Shown: positions 10,341 to 19,619 of the stretch, piece by piece
Numbering within the stretch: the stretch's first letter is position 1
How the letters are laid out: the number at the start of each line of letters is the position of its first letter
Assembly: GCA_963422375.2 (NCBI GenBank)
Contig: CAXXKD010000001.1
Span: forward strand, 430,769-494,768
DNA: 64,000 bases
Origin: Bryobacterales bacterium
GTDB lineage: Bacteria > Acidobacteriota > Terriglobia > Bryobacterales > UBA6623
Direction of reading: 5' to 3'
Notes under the pieces: model-generated
The model's database searches: none
Told to the model about the DNA's origin: nothing
Seen by the model: only the letters and a program-made list of their open reading frames with translations
Program-made: the position numbers and the translations under genes

Positions 10341-10360
10341 GGGTCTTGTCACAAGCGCTA
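10341..10360 (-). mobile_element. ISNCY-type terminal inverted repeat closing the IS cluster
   Basis: Reverse complement TAGCGCTTGTGACAAGACCC matches the end at 1852 at 18/20 positions. Confidence 0.75.
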
Positions 10361-10849
10361 CTTCTTCTCGAACCCGGGGCTGACCGCGCGCACCGTCTTT
10401 CTGCCCGGCGACAGGCCCAAGCAGAAGTTCAAGAAGAATATTCTCAATGGCACGAACGGCGGCCCGATCGCGAGGAATTTGACCTGCTTCCTCGGGTCGT
10501 TCGAGGGGGTTGCGCTCCGAGCGGTCCCTCGCGAACGCGGTCCGGACCTTCTCGACGTCTTTCGGGCCGCTCGCGGAGAGTCCGGGCGGGCGCTTGCCAG
10601 CGCATCCCGGATCGGACATAATGGGAACGGCGGGCCTTGGGCTTGCCCGTGGCAGCTTCCAACCTCGGTATGGGCTGGGGTGCTGCCGGGAATCGTCTAG
10701 GTCAGCGATGGCTTTGGGCGCGCTCGGAAACTATGGATTGAGTCGGACCGGTCCTCGGCCGGGCCGACCTGCGGATTGCGAGGCGATTAGCGCAAGCTTC
10801 TGCGCCGACCAGTCCTGCCGTGCGGGCGCGGCGCGCCCTTGATGGATCG

Positions 10850-11758
10850 ATGCCCAAGGCCGTCAAGGAATTCGCTCGCAGCGTCGCGAAGAAGATCCGT
10901 CTGATCGAGATTCAGACCAGCAAGGCGGTCGACGACGTCCTCGCCGGCGAGTACAGTAGCGTCTTCAAGGGCAGCGGCATCGAATTCGAGGAAGTCCGCG
11001 AGTACGCCCCCGGCGACGAGATTCGCAGCATCGACTGGAACGTCACCGCGCGCATGGGCAAGCCCTTCGTCAAGCGCTACGTCGAGGAGCGCGAGCTGAC
11101 CGTCTGGCTGCTCGTGGATCTCTCGGCCTCCGGGGCGTTCGGGAGCCGCAGCGAGCTCAAGAACGAGGCGGCAGCCGAGTTCTGCGCGCTGCTCGCCTTC
11201 GCCGCCATCCGCAACAGCGACAAGGTCGGGCTGATCGTCTTCACGGAGCGGGTCGAGCTGGCGATCGCCCCGAGCAAGGGGCGCACGCACGTCCTGCGGC
11301 TGATTCGCGAGGTGCTGCGCTTCGCTCCGCGGGAGCGCGGGACCGATCTCGCTGCGGCCCTCGAGTACCTGGGCCGGGTCACGCACAAGCGCGGCGTCGT
11401 CTTCCTCGTCTCCGATTTCCTCACCGCCGCCCCGCTGGAGCGGGAGAGCGGCAAGCAGCTGCGCGTCCTCGCGCGCCGGCATGACCTGATCGCCGTGACG
11501 GTCGGCGACCGGCGCGAGCTCGAGCTGCCGGACGTGGGACTCATCGAACTGGAGGACGCCGAGACCGGTCGGTGCGTCCTCGTGGACACCTCGAGCAAGC
11601 GCGTGCGCCGGGAGTACGCGGCCGACGCGCGCCGGCGGGGCGAGCGCAGACGGGACTTCTTTCGCGCCACGGGCATCGACGAGGTCGCGATCATGACCGG
11701 CCAGGACTACGTGCGCGACCTCCTGCGGCTGTTCCGGAAGCGCGGCAGGAGGCGATGA
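10850..11758 (+). CDS. DUF58 domain (vWA-like, MoxR-associated) protein
   Basis: GEYSSVFKGSGIEFEEVREYAPGDEIRSIDWNVTAR, EERELTV, DLSASG, FLVSDF. Confidence 0.93.
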   Translation: MPKAVKEFARSVAKKIRLIEIQTSKAVDDVLAGEYSSVFKGSGIEFEEVREYAPGDEIRSIDWNVTARMGKPFVKRYVEERELTVWLLVDLSASGAFGSRSELKNEAAAEFCALLAFAAIRNSDKVGLIVFTERVELAIAPSKGRTHVLRLIREVLRFAPRERGTDLAAALEYLGRVTHKRGVVFLVSDFLTAAPLERESGKQLRVLARRHDLIAVTVGDRRELELPDVGLIELEDAETGRCVLVDTSSKRVRREYAADARRRGERRRDFFRATGIDEVAIMTGQDYVRDLLRLFRKRGRRR

Positions 11759-12747
11759 CGACTCCGGCCGGTCGACGGACGCGCCGGGCCGGCGCGGCGC
11801 TGGCGCTGGCCGCGGCGCTCTGCTCGTGCGACGCTGCCGGCACCGGACCCACGCCTGCCGAGCCGGCGGTCGTCCAGCGCGTCGAGAGCGAAGGCGCCCG
11901 CTTGGAACTGTCCCTGGACCGGGACGCGCTCTCGATCGCCGACAGCGCCGTGCTCCGGCTCGCGGTCGAGAGCGCCGAGGCCGACAGGGTGGAGTTCCCG
12001 GAATCCGAGGACGGCTTCGGGGACTTCGCGGTGACCCGCGACGAGCCCGTCGCGGAGCGCCTGCTGGAGGGAGGCGCCGTGGCGCGCGGGCGCGAGTATG
12101 CCCTGCAGCCCTTCCTGCCCGGCGAGTACGAGCTTCCCGCGCTGACGGTGCTCGTGAACGGCTCGCCGCGCCTCGTCAGCGATCCGATCCCGGTCACCGT
12201 GGAGAGCGTGCTGGAGGATCCGGAGGCCGCGGAGCTGGAGGACATTGCCGGCCCCGTCGACGTGCCTGTCCCTTGGTGGTGGTGGGCGGTCGCGGCGCTC
12301 GTGGCAGCCGCCCTGGCGGCGGCGGGGGCGTACTGGCGCAAGCGTCGCAAGGCGGCCCTGTCGGCATCGCGGGTGGTGCCGCCCCACGAGGCGGCGCTGG
12401 CCGCCTTGGACGCCCTCCTCGGGCGCGGGCTGCCCGGCCCCGACGAGGTCAAGCGCTTCTACATGCGCCTCTCCGACATCGTCCGGCGCTACGTCGAGGA
12501 GCGGTTCGGGCTGCGCGCCCCCGAGCAGACGACCGAGGAGTTCCTCGCCGCGATGGCCGCGAGCCCCGCTGTCGGCCGCGAGCACCAGCGGCTGCTGCGC
12601 TCCTTCCTCGAGCAGGCCGACATGGTGAAGTTCGCCAAGTTCACCCCGGGCAGGGACGAAGCCGAAGATGCCGTCGATGCCGCCAGGCGCTTCGTCCGGC
12701 AGACCGCGCCAGACGAGCTGCTCGCTCCCGGGGGTCGGCCCGCATAG
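11755..12747 (+). CDS. BatD/DUF4381-like membrane-anchored protein
   Basis: ATGA overlap with DUF58; signal/lipoprotein-like N-terminus, one TM (WWWWAVAAL), RYVEERFG..APEQTTEEF, ADMVKFAK. Confidence 0.75.
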   Translation: MTTPAGRRTRRAGAALALAAALCSCDAAGTGPTPAEPAVVQRVESEGARLELSLDRDALSIADSAVLRLAVESAEADRVEFPESEDGFGDFAVTRDEPVAERLLEGGAVARGREYALQPFLPGEYELPALTVLVNGSPRLVSDPIPVTVESVLEDPEAAELEDIAGPVDVPVPWWWWAVAALVAAALAAAGAYWRKRRKAALSASRVVPPHEAALAALDALLGRGLPGPDEVKRFYMRLSDIVRRYVEERFGLRAPEQTTEEFLAAMAASPAVGREHQRLLRSFLEQADMVKFAKFTPGRDEAEDAVDAARRFVRQTAPDELLAPGGRPA

Positions 12748-12765
12748 GCCGGGCCCGGCCGGGCT

Positions 12766-14307
12766 CTACAGCAACCGCTTCAGGATCTTGCCGGCGGGTG
12801 ACCGGGGGATGGATTCGACGAATTCCACCTGGCGCACCTGCTTGTAGCCCGCGACCTGCGACCTGACGTGCCCTTGGATCGCATCGGCGCTGAGGGAGCG
12901 CCCGGGGTGCAGGGCGACGAAGGCCTTCGGGCACTCCGAAGCCGCCTCGTCGGGGATGCCGACGACCGCGGCGTCGCGGACCTCCGGGAGCTCCAGGATC
13001 ACCGATTCCAGCTCGGCGGGCAGGACCTGGAAGCCCTTGTACTTGATCATCTCCCTCTTGCGGTCGACCAGATGCAACCGCCCTATCTCGTCGATCCGGC
13101 CGATATCGCCGGTGAAGAACCAGCCGTGGCGGAACGCCCTGGCGTTCTCCTCGGGGGCCTCGTGGTAGCCCCGCATGATGTTCGGTCCCCGCAGCGCGAG
13201 TTCCCCGGTCTCGCCGGGGGCCAGCTGGCGCGAGCCCTCCTCCGGATCGAAGATCGCCGCCTCGAGGCCGTCCACTGGGACGCCCGCGGTCTCTGCGATG
13301 TCCCACGGGGCGTTCGCGGGGTTGGTTGTCGCGATGCCGGCCGTCTCCGTCATGCCGTATCCCTGGCGCACCGCGACCCCAGTGGTCTCGACGAAGCGGC
13401 GGACGGCCGGCAGCGGCACGGGCGCCGCGCCGACATTCACCCATCGCACCGACGAGAGGTCCCGCCGGCCCAGGTCATCCCGCGAGAGCATGCTCAGCAG
13501 CACCGGCGGCACCAGCGGCAGAGAGGTGATCCGCTCGCGCTCGATGGTGTCGAGGCAGTCGTCCATGTCGAACCGCGCGCGCAGGTGCATCGTGCTGCCG
13601 CTGGCGAGCAGGACGTTCATCACCACGTTGAAGCCGTAGATGTGGTATAGAGGCAGGAAGACGTACCAGCGGCCGTCGGCCTCGTACATCGAGTGCCGCG
13701 TGAAGAGCAGCTGCCGGATGGCGGCGACCAGGTTCGACTGCGTTAGCTCGATCCCCTTCGAGAGGCCGGTCGTCCCGCTCGAGTACGGCAGGAAGGCGGT
13801 GTCGCTCTCGCGGTCGGACGGCACATCCGGGTCGGAGTCCTCCGCCGACGCCCAGAAGCCCGGCTCCAGCTCGATCAAGCGGCAGGCCGGAATCCGGTCG
13901 CGGCATTGCAGCAGCCGCGGCATCAGGCTGCGCTCGGCGAACACGACCGATGCCCCGGAGTTGGTGATCTGATGCACCAGTTCGCGCTGCTTGTAGCTCG
14001 AATTGAACGGGGTGAAGACGGCGCCGCTCGCGAGGATGCCGTATCCCGCCGTGACGAAGTCGAACGAATTCGGGCTGAACACGCCGACCACGGACCCCGT
14101 GCCCCAGCCCCGTGCCAGGAGGGCGTTGGCGAAGCGGCTGGCGCGCCGCCAGTTCTCGGCAAAGGTGAGGATTCTCCGTTGGCCGTCGACGATGAAGGGC
14201 CTGTCGCCGTAGGCGGCCGCCGCGTCGCGCACGATGGACGGGACCGTGGCCGCGCGGGAGGCGATCCTCTCCAAGGCGGGATGCGGTGGCTGGCCTTGCT
14301 GGGGCAA
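12766..14307 (-). CDS. AMP-dependent acyl-CoA ligase (4-coumarate-CoA ligase-like)
   Basis: YSSGTTGLSKG, GYGMTE, TGDIG, PRSPAGKILK. Confidence 0.92.
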   Translation of the reverse strand: MPQQGQPPHPALERIASRAATVPSIVRDAAAAYGDRPFIVDGQRRILTFAENWRRASRFANALLARGWGTGSVVGVFSPNSFDFVTAGYGILASGAVFTPFNSSYKQRELVHQITNSGASVVFAERSLMPRLLQCRDRIPACRLIELEPGFWASAEDSDPDVPSDRESDTAFLPYSSGTTGLSKGIELTQSNLVAAIRQLLFTRHSMYEADGRWYVFLPLYHIYGFNVVMNVLLASGSTMHLRARFDMDDCLDTIERERITSLPLVPPVLLSMLSRDDLGRRDLSSVRWVNVGAAPVPLPAVRRFVETTGVAVRQGYGMTETAGIATTNPANAPWDIAETAGVPVDGLEAAIFDPEEGSRQLAPGETGELALRGPNIMRGYHEAPEENARAFRHGWFFTGDIGRIDEIGRLHLVDRKREMIKYKGFQVLPAELESVILELPEVRDAAVVGIPDEAASECPKAFVALHPGRSLSADAIQGHVRSQVAGYKQVRQVEFVESIPRSPAGKILKRLL

Positions 14308-14407
14308 AGGGAATCCTACCGCAGGTCGGCGGGCCTGCGACGGAGCGCCCAGCCGGGGATCGTCGCGCCGACGGACCTGGTCGGCCTCGGCTCGCGGAGC
14401 GTCGAGC

Positions 14408-15346
14408 TCAGGCGGCGGCGCGGCCGCGGTCGGCGCCCGGCGGGGGATCTTGGCCGAGGAAGACCTCGAGCCGCGCCAGCCAGGCGCCGAACCATTCTCG
14501 GAAGGCCGCTCTCGATCGCTCCTGCTCGGGGCCCAGCGGGAAGGGCAGCGACGGCCGGCACGCGTTCCTCCATTCCGCGATCCACTTGAGTGCCCACGGA
14601 TAGGGGAACGAGGCGAACCGATCGAGGAACTCCCGGTTGAAGGCGGCAGCCTCGGAGAACGCCCGGTCGTCCCCGAACGTGTCGAACAGGGCCGCGCTCA
14701 ACTCGGGCACGACGCCGGCCGGACCGGAAATCGCGCCGTCGAGCAGGCCCTCCCGGATGGAGTCGGGCAAGCGGGCGTCGTGCCCTTGGATACGCGTGCA
14801 GTCCGTGCCGTCGAAGGTCAGCCTGCGCAGGATGCCCAGCTCCCCGCTCGAGTCCTTGATGCCGACGATGTGCGCTTCCGAGTCCAGCAGCTCGGCGGCC
14901 ACGGCCTCGCCGATGGGGCTCACGAAGCCGGCGAGATTGTACAGCAGCACGGGGCCGGCAATGGCCCGGGCCGCTTCCCGGAAGTATTGCAGCAGCTCCG
15001 CGTCCCCGTACCGGTAGAAGTGCGGCGGGGGCAGGAGCACGGCCGCCGCTCCGGCCTGCAGGGCGTGCCGGGCCAGATCGACCGAATCCGACAGCGAGGC
15101 GGATCCGACGCCGGCGACCAGCGTCCCGCGGCCCCGGACCGCGGGAGCCAGCAGCTCCACGATCTCCTTGCGCTGTTCAACGGAGATGTCGAAGTACTCG
15201 CCGGTGCCTCCGCACGGCACGACTCCGCTGGCGCCCCGCGAGAGGGCGAAGTCGGCCGCGCTCAGCAGGCCGTCGCGGTCCAGCTGCCCCGAGGGCGAGC
15301 GAGGCGTCAGAAGGGCTGCCATCAGGCCGCGAATGTTGGACGGCAT
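14408..15346 (-). CDS. DHDPS/N-acetylneuraminate lyase family aldolase
   Basis: GGTGE, LLYN and GIKDS catalytic motifs intact. Confidence 0.88.
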   Translation of the reverse strand: MPSNIRGLMAALLTPRSPSGQLDRDGLLSAADFALSRGASGVVPCGGTGEYFDISVEQRKEIVELLAPAVRGRGTLVAGVGSASLSDSVDLARHALQAGAAAVLLPPPHFYRYGDAELLQYFREAARAIAGPVLLYNLAGFVSPIGEAVAAELLDSEAHIVGIKDSSGELGILRRLTFDGTDCTRIQGHDARLPDSIREGLLDGAISGPAGVVPELSAALFDTFGDDRAFSEAAAFNREFLDRFASFPYPWALKWIAEWRNACRPSLPFPLGPEQERSRAAFREWFGAWLARLEVFLGQDPPPGADRGRAAA

Positions 15347-15400
15347 GCAGGGAGATTCTATCCGATGACGCTAGAATCAAGGTTCCGAGGGCCAATCGCG

Positions 15401-16636
15401 ATGAAACCGAGCCGCAGGGACTGGCTGCGAGCTGGCCTGCACGCCGCCGTGGCCCCTACCGTGATGATTCCGCGAGCACGCGCTTACGACATTCAAGAGA
15501 TCGAAGCGAGGCTCGCGTCCGCTAGGGCTATCGACGGCGTGACCAAGCAGGACCTGCCGACTCCCTGCCTGATGCTGGATCTCGACGCGTTCGAGGGCAA
15601 CGTCCGTGGCATGGCCGAGCACGCGAGGGCCGCGGGCCTGGACCTGCGGCCCCACGCCAAGACCCACAAGTGCTCCGAGATCGCCAAGAGGCAGGTCGGA
15701 GCGGGTGCCTTGGGTGTCTGCGTGGCGACGATTCGCGAGGCCGAGGCGATGGCCGCGGCGGGCATCGGCGGGCTGCTGCTGACGTCCGAGTCCGTGGGGC
15801 CGAACAAGATCAGCCGCTTGCTGCGCCTGTGCCAGCGCAAGCCGGACACGATGGCTGTCGTGGACCACGCCGACAACGCCCGCGAGCTCGACGAGGCCGC
15901 GGGATCCGTCGGCGCGAAGCTCGACGTGATGGTGGACGTGGACCCGCTCGGGAGGCGCACCGGAGTCCCGCCGGGGAAGGGCGCCGTGGCCCTCGCGGAA
16001 ACCGTGGACAGGCTGCCCAGCCTCCGGTTGAAGGGCGTCCACGGCTACTGCGGCGCCTCGTCGCACGTCCAGGGCTTCGGAGAGCGGAAGCGGCACTCCG
16101 AGCAGTACATGGGTCCCGTGCTGGAGACGTTCGCCGCGATGCGTCGCAAGGGACTGCCCGCGGAGATCATGTCGGGGGCGAGCACGGGCACCTACAACAT
16201 CGATTCGGCGCTGGACGGCATGACCGAGCTGCAAGTGGGCTCCTACGCGCTCATGGATGTGGACTACCGCCGGATCGGCGGCCGGAGCGGCGCGGTCTAC
16301 GACGACTTCGCCCCCGCTCTGCACGTGCTCGCGACCGTCATCAGCAAGAATCACGACGACATTGCCACCGTCGACGCCGGCCTGAAGGCGCTGGCCACGG
16401 ACCGCGATTTCGGCCCCGACGTGGCGCGGCCAGGGGGCCTCGCATACGCCTACCGGGGCGACGAGCACGGTGCCTTGGATCTCGCGGACGCCCAGCGCGA
16501 GGTAGCGCTTGGCGACAAGGTCGAACTGGTGGTGCCGCATTGCGATCCGAACGTGAATCTGTACGACCGGATGTACTGCGTGCGCGGCGAGCAGGTGCGG
16601 CAGGTTTGGAAGATCGACGCCCGAGGCCATGTCTGA
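15401..16636 (+). CDS. DSD1/D-threonine aldolase-like PLP-dependent enzyme with twin-arginine leader
   Basis: LRPHAKTHK, STGTY, QVGSY..MD, DEHG, VPHCDPNVNL; N-terminal SRRDWL. Confidence 0.88.
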   Translation: MKPSRRDWLRAGLHAAVAPTVMIPRARAYDIQEIEARLASARAIDGVTKQDLPTPCLMLDLDAFEGNVRGMAEHARAAGLDLRPHAKTHKCSEIAKRQVGAGALGVCVATIREAEAMAAAGIGGLLLTSESVGPNKISRLLRLCQRKPDTMAVVDHADNARELDEAAGSVGAKLDVMVDVDPLGRRTGVPPGKGAVALAETVDRLPSLRLKGVHGYCGASSHVQGFGERKRHSEQYMGPVLETFAAMRRKGLPAEIMSGASTGTYNIDSALDGMTELQVGSYALMDVDYRRIGGRSGAVYDDFAPALHVLATVISKNHDDIATVDAGLKALATDRDFGPDVARPGGLAYAYRGDEHGALDLADAQREVALGDKVELVVPHCDPNVNLYDRMYCVRGEQVRQVWKIDARGHV

Positions 16637-16642
16637 GAGACG

Positions 16643-18256
16643 ATGAGCGAGCTTTCGTTCCGTCAGGCAGACCTGCCGGGAATCCGGCCGCTGTACGCGG
16701 ACCTACTGTTCAATTTCGAGTGCGTTAGGCGCTTCTACCCCCGCCCCCCGTCGCTGGACGCTGCCTGCGCGGCGGCCGACGCCGTGGCGGACGACGTGAG
16801 GATGGACGGGCGTCATCGCCAGCGCCTCGCGGACGAACTGGGCAGGCAGAACGAGGGCGTCGACGGAGCGACGCTCGAGAGCATCGATCGGCTGTCGCGG
16901 CCGGGCACGGTCGCGGTCGTGACGGGGCAGCAGGTCGGCCTCTTGGGCGGCCCCGCATTCACCCTGTACAAGGCCTTGACCGCCGTCCGTTGCGCGCGGG
17001 AGCTGAGCCATCGGGGAAGGCCCGCCGTCCCGGTCTTCTGGTTGGCTACCGAGGACCACGATCTCGCGGAGGTCAATCACGCATGGGTGTTCGGACCGGA
17101 CGGATCTCCCCGGCGCATCGACGCCGTGACGGACGCGGAACCGGCCGCCGCCGTGGGAGGGATCCGGGTGGCGGACGCCGGCTTGGATCTGCTGCAAGCC
17201 GTGTGCGACGGCTTGCCCTACGCCCCGGGGGCGCTGGCGCTGGCGCGCCAGGCGTACGGGCAGGGGCCCGGGTTCGGCGCCGGGTTCAGGGCGCTCTATC
17301 GCGAGATCCTCTCGGGCACGGGAATCGTCCTCGTATGCCCCATGAGCGCGGGCCTGAGGGAGTTGTGCGCCCCCGTCGTGCGACGGGCCATCGAGCTCGC
17401 GCCGGAACTCTCGGCCGCCCTCTTGCGGCGCGGCGCGCGCCTGCAGGGTGCGGGCTACCACCAGCAGGTGCGCTTCCAGGAATCCACGTCGCTGATCTTC
17501 CTTTTCGAGGGCTCCGAGCGCGTCGCTCTCAAGCGCAGGAACGGGTTCTTCTGGGCGCGGTCGCAGGCCTACAGCCGCGAGGATCTGCTCGCGAGGCTCG
17601 ACCGTGCACCCCTCGAGGTGTCCCCCAACGCATTGCTGCGGCCCGTCATGCAGGACTTCCTGCTGCCGACGGCGGCTCTCGTCGCGGGACCGTCGGAGGC
17701 CGCCTACTATGCCCAGTCGGCGGTGCTGTACGAGCGGCTACTCGGGCGGATGCCGACCGTGCTCCCGCGGGCCAGCTTCACCGTGCTGGACGCTGCGGCG
17801 CGAAAGCTGCTCCGAAGGTACCGGCTGTCGGTGGCGGACTGTCTCGTGCCTCGGAACCAGCTCCTGTCGTCGGTCGCGACAACCCTCGTGCCGGCTCCGT
17901 TGAGCGAGAGTCTCTCCGCCAGGCGCGCCGAAGTGCTCGCGGCGCTGCAGGGTATCGATTCCGCCCTCGTCGGGTTCGACCCCACCCTCGCGGCCAGCTT
18001 CGAGGTATCGCGGAATAAAATCGAGTATCAGCTGGACAAGGTTGCTGCCAAGGTTTCGAGAGAGGCGTTGCGTCGGACGGACGCGGCCCGGCGGCACGCT
18101 GCCGTGCTTGCCGACACGGTCTATCCGAACGGCAGCATGCAGGAGCGGCTGTACTCCGTCCTGCCGTTCCTGGCGAAGTTCGGACCATCCTTCGTCAGCC
18201 GTGTCGAGCGGGCTGTCGAGCCGGGATCGTCCGATCACACCGTGCTGGAGTTCTAG
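16643..18256 (+). CDS. bshC: Bacillithiol biosynthesis cysteine-adding enzyme BshC
   Basis: VVTGQQVGLLGGP, PVFWLATEDHD..E, SPNALLRPVMQD..LP, GPSE.AY.AQ, QER. Confidence 0.92.
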   Translation: MSELSFRQADLPGIRPLYADLLFNFECVRRFYPRPPSLDAACAAADAVADDVRMDGRHRQRLADELGRQNEGVDGATLESIDRLSRPGTVAVVTGQQVGLLGGPAFTLYKALTAVRCARELSHRGRPAVPVFWLATEDHDLAEVNHAWVFGPDGSPRRIDAVTDAEPAAAVGGIRVADAGLDLLQAVCDGLPYAPGALALARQAYGQGPGFGAGFRALYREILSGTGIVLVCPMSAGLRELCAPVVRRAIELAPELSAALLRRGARLQGAGYHQQVRFQESTSLIFLFEGSERVALKRRNGFFWARSQAYSREDLLARLDRAPLEVSPNALLRPVMQDFLLPTAALVAGPSEAAYYAQSAVLYERLLGRMPTVLPRASFTVLDAAARKLLRRYRLSVADCLVPRNQLLSSVATTLVPAPLSESLSARRAEVLAALQGIDSALVGFDPTLAASFEVSRNKIEYQLDKVAAKVSREALRRTDAARRHAAVLADTVYPNGSMQERLYSVLPFLAKFGPSFVSRVERAVEPGSSDHTVLEF

Positions 18257-18536
18257 GTCCTCAGTCTCGGTCTAGCGCCGGCGCGAGGGAAGCTAGAGGG
18301 CCGACCCAGGCGCGGCCTAGAATGCGGTCGCTCTATCGGTCGAGGTTCCCTGCGCCGTTCCGGCGGGAGTCTTCCTCCCGACGCAATCCAGCCCTTCACG
18401 GCAAGGCCCAACTTCGAGAGCGCGCCACGCCAGTCGAAGAGAGGGGCCGCCGCTGCCTGCGAGGCCGCCCTTTCCCTGATCTCGCGGACCCTCGGGACTC
18501 GGAAGCGCGGCGAACGGCCTCTCCGGAGCGGTATCG

Positions 18537-19430
18537 CTAGCTCGCGAGCTCGCGCATGGACCGGTTCACGGACGCCCCCACGGCGGGGGTAGCGGGGAGG
18601 AGCGGGAGGCGGGGCGGGCCGCCGAAGAAGCTGCGCTGGTCGAGCGAGTGCTTCAGCGCCGGGACGCCGTGCGTCCTGAGCAGCGCGTCGAAGTCCGTTG
18701 CCCGTCTTGTCAGACCGGTCGCCGCCTCATTCTGTCGCGTGCGGACCGCCTCCTCGATCGACAGGGCGTGGAACGGCACGGCCGAGGCGAGCGGGAGCAG
18801 CGCTGCGGAGGCGCCCCTAGCTAGGGCGTCGGCGAGGGTCGGGAAATCGCGGGAGACGATCGCGAACTTCGGTCCGCAAGCGCCGGCCGCCTCGCTCAGA
18901 GCCTTGTTCGCGAGACCCTCGACAACCGCCCCGGCGATGCGCGGGTGCGATGCGAGGGAGGCGACCTGCTCGGTGGTCAGACCGACCGGCCCGCCCAGCT
19001 GCGTGCCGACGAGCAGCGGGAGGCTCGCGGTGTCGGCGACGCACCGGAAGAACAGTTCGGACGCTCTCGCGCTCGGCGCGAGGCCCGTCAGGTCGGGCGC
19101 TTCGACGACAGCGGCCGTGCAGCCGGCCTCGGCCGCTGCCTCGACCAGCTGGCGCGCCTCGGCGACGCCGCATCCGGAAATCGACGCGACCGTCAGCGCG
19201 GTGTCGCCCGCCCGCGCTGCCGCCCGCGTCCAGATCGAGGTCCTTTCCTCCGCCGAGAGCAGCGGTCCCTCGCCCCAGCGGTCGGTGAGGGCGATGCCCG
19301 CCAGCTGCGTGCGCAGCAGTTGCGAGATGTTGAATTCCAGCTTGGACCAGTAGATGTTGCCCCGGTGGTCGAAGGGCGTCGTCAGCGGGGCTAGGATTCC
19401 GCGGATGCGCATGCAGGCCGAAACGCTCAT
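18537..19430 (-). CDS. DHDPS-family protein with degenerate active site
   Basis: GILAPLTTPFD, LSAEER, PRLPLLP give the fold; GxTGE, YN and the catalytic Lys are substituted. Confidence 0.75.
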   Translation of the reverse strand: MSVSACMRIRGILAPLTTPFDHRGNIYWSKLEFNISQLLRTQLAGIALTDRWGEGPLLSAEERTSIWTRAAARAGDTALTVASISGCGVAEARQLVEAAAEAGCTAAVVEAPDLTGLAPSARASELFFRCVADTASLPLLVGTQLGGPVGLTTEQVASLASHPRIAGAVVEGLANKALSEAAGACGPKFAIVSRDFPTLADALARGASAALLPLASAVPFHALSIEEAVRTRQNEAATGLTRRATDFDALLRTHGVPALKHSLDQRSFFGGPPRLPLLPATPAVGASVNRSMRELAS

Positions 19431-19619
19431 TCTAGCGGCTGGGGGCAGGCCCCGGCGGTCCCGCAGCCATGCCGACGCTGCGGGCGCCGCTCTCCCCGCG
19501 CCGCGCGCGGGGAGAGCGGCGAAGGGCGGAACTAGCGCTCGTCCGCCCTTCCGAATTCGCCCGCGTGTGCTAGCCTGCTTCCAGCACGGGGAATGCGCCC
19601 CGGCGAGGAGGTTGGTTCC

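Noticed and set aside
1852..10360. Single clean insertion into the CRTAC1-like gene
   Set aside because: Rejoined flanks do not restore a CRTAC1 sequence
14234..15400. N-terminal extension making an 800-aa ORF
   Set aside because: Antisense to the DHDPS gene; recognisable protein starts at 15401
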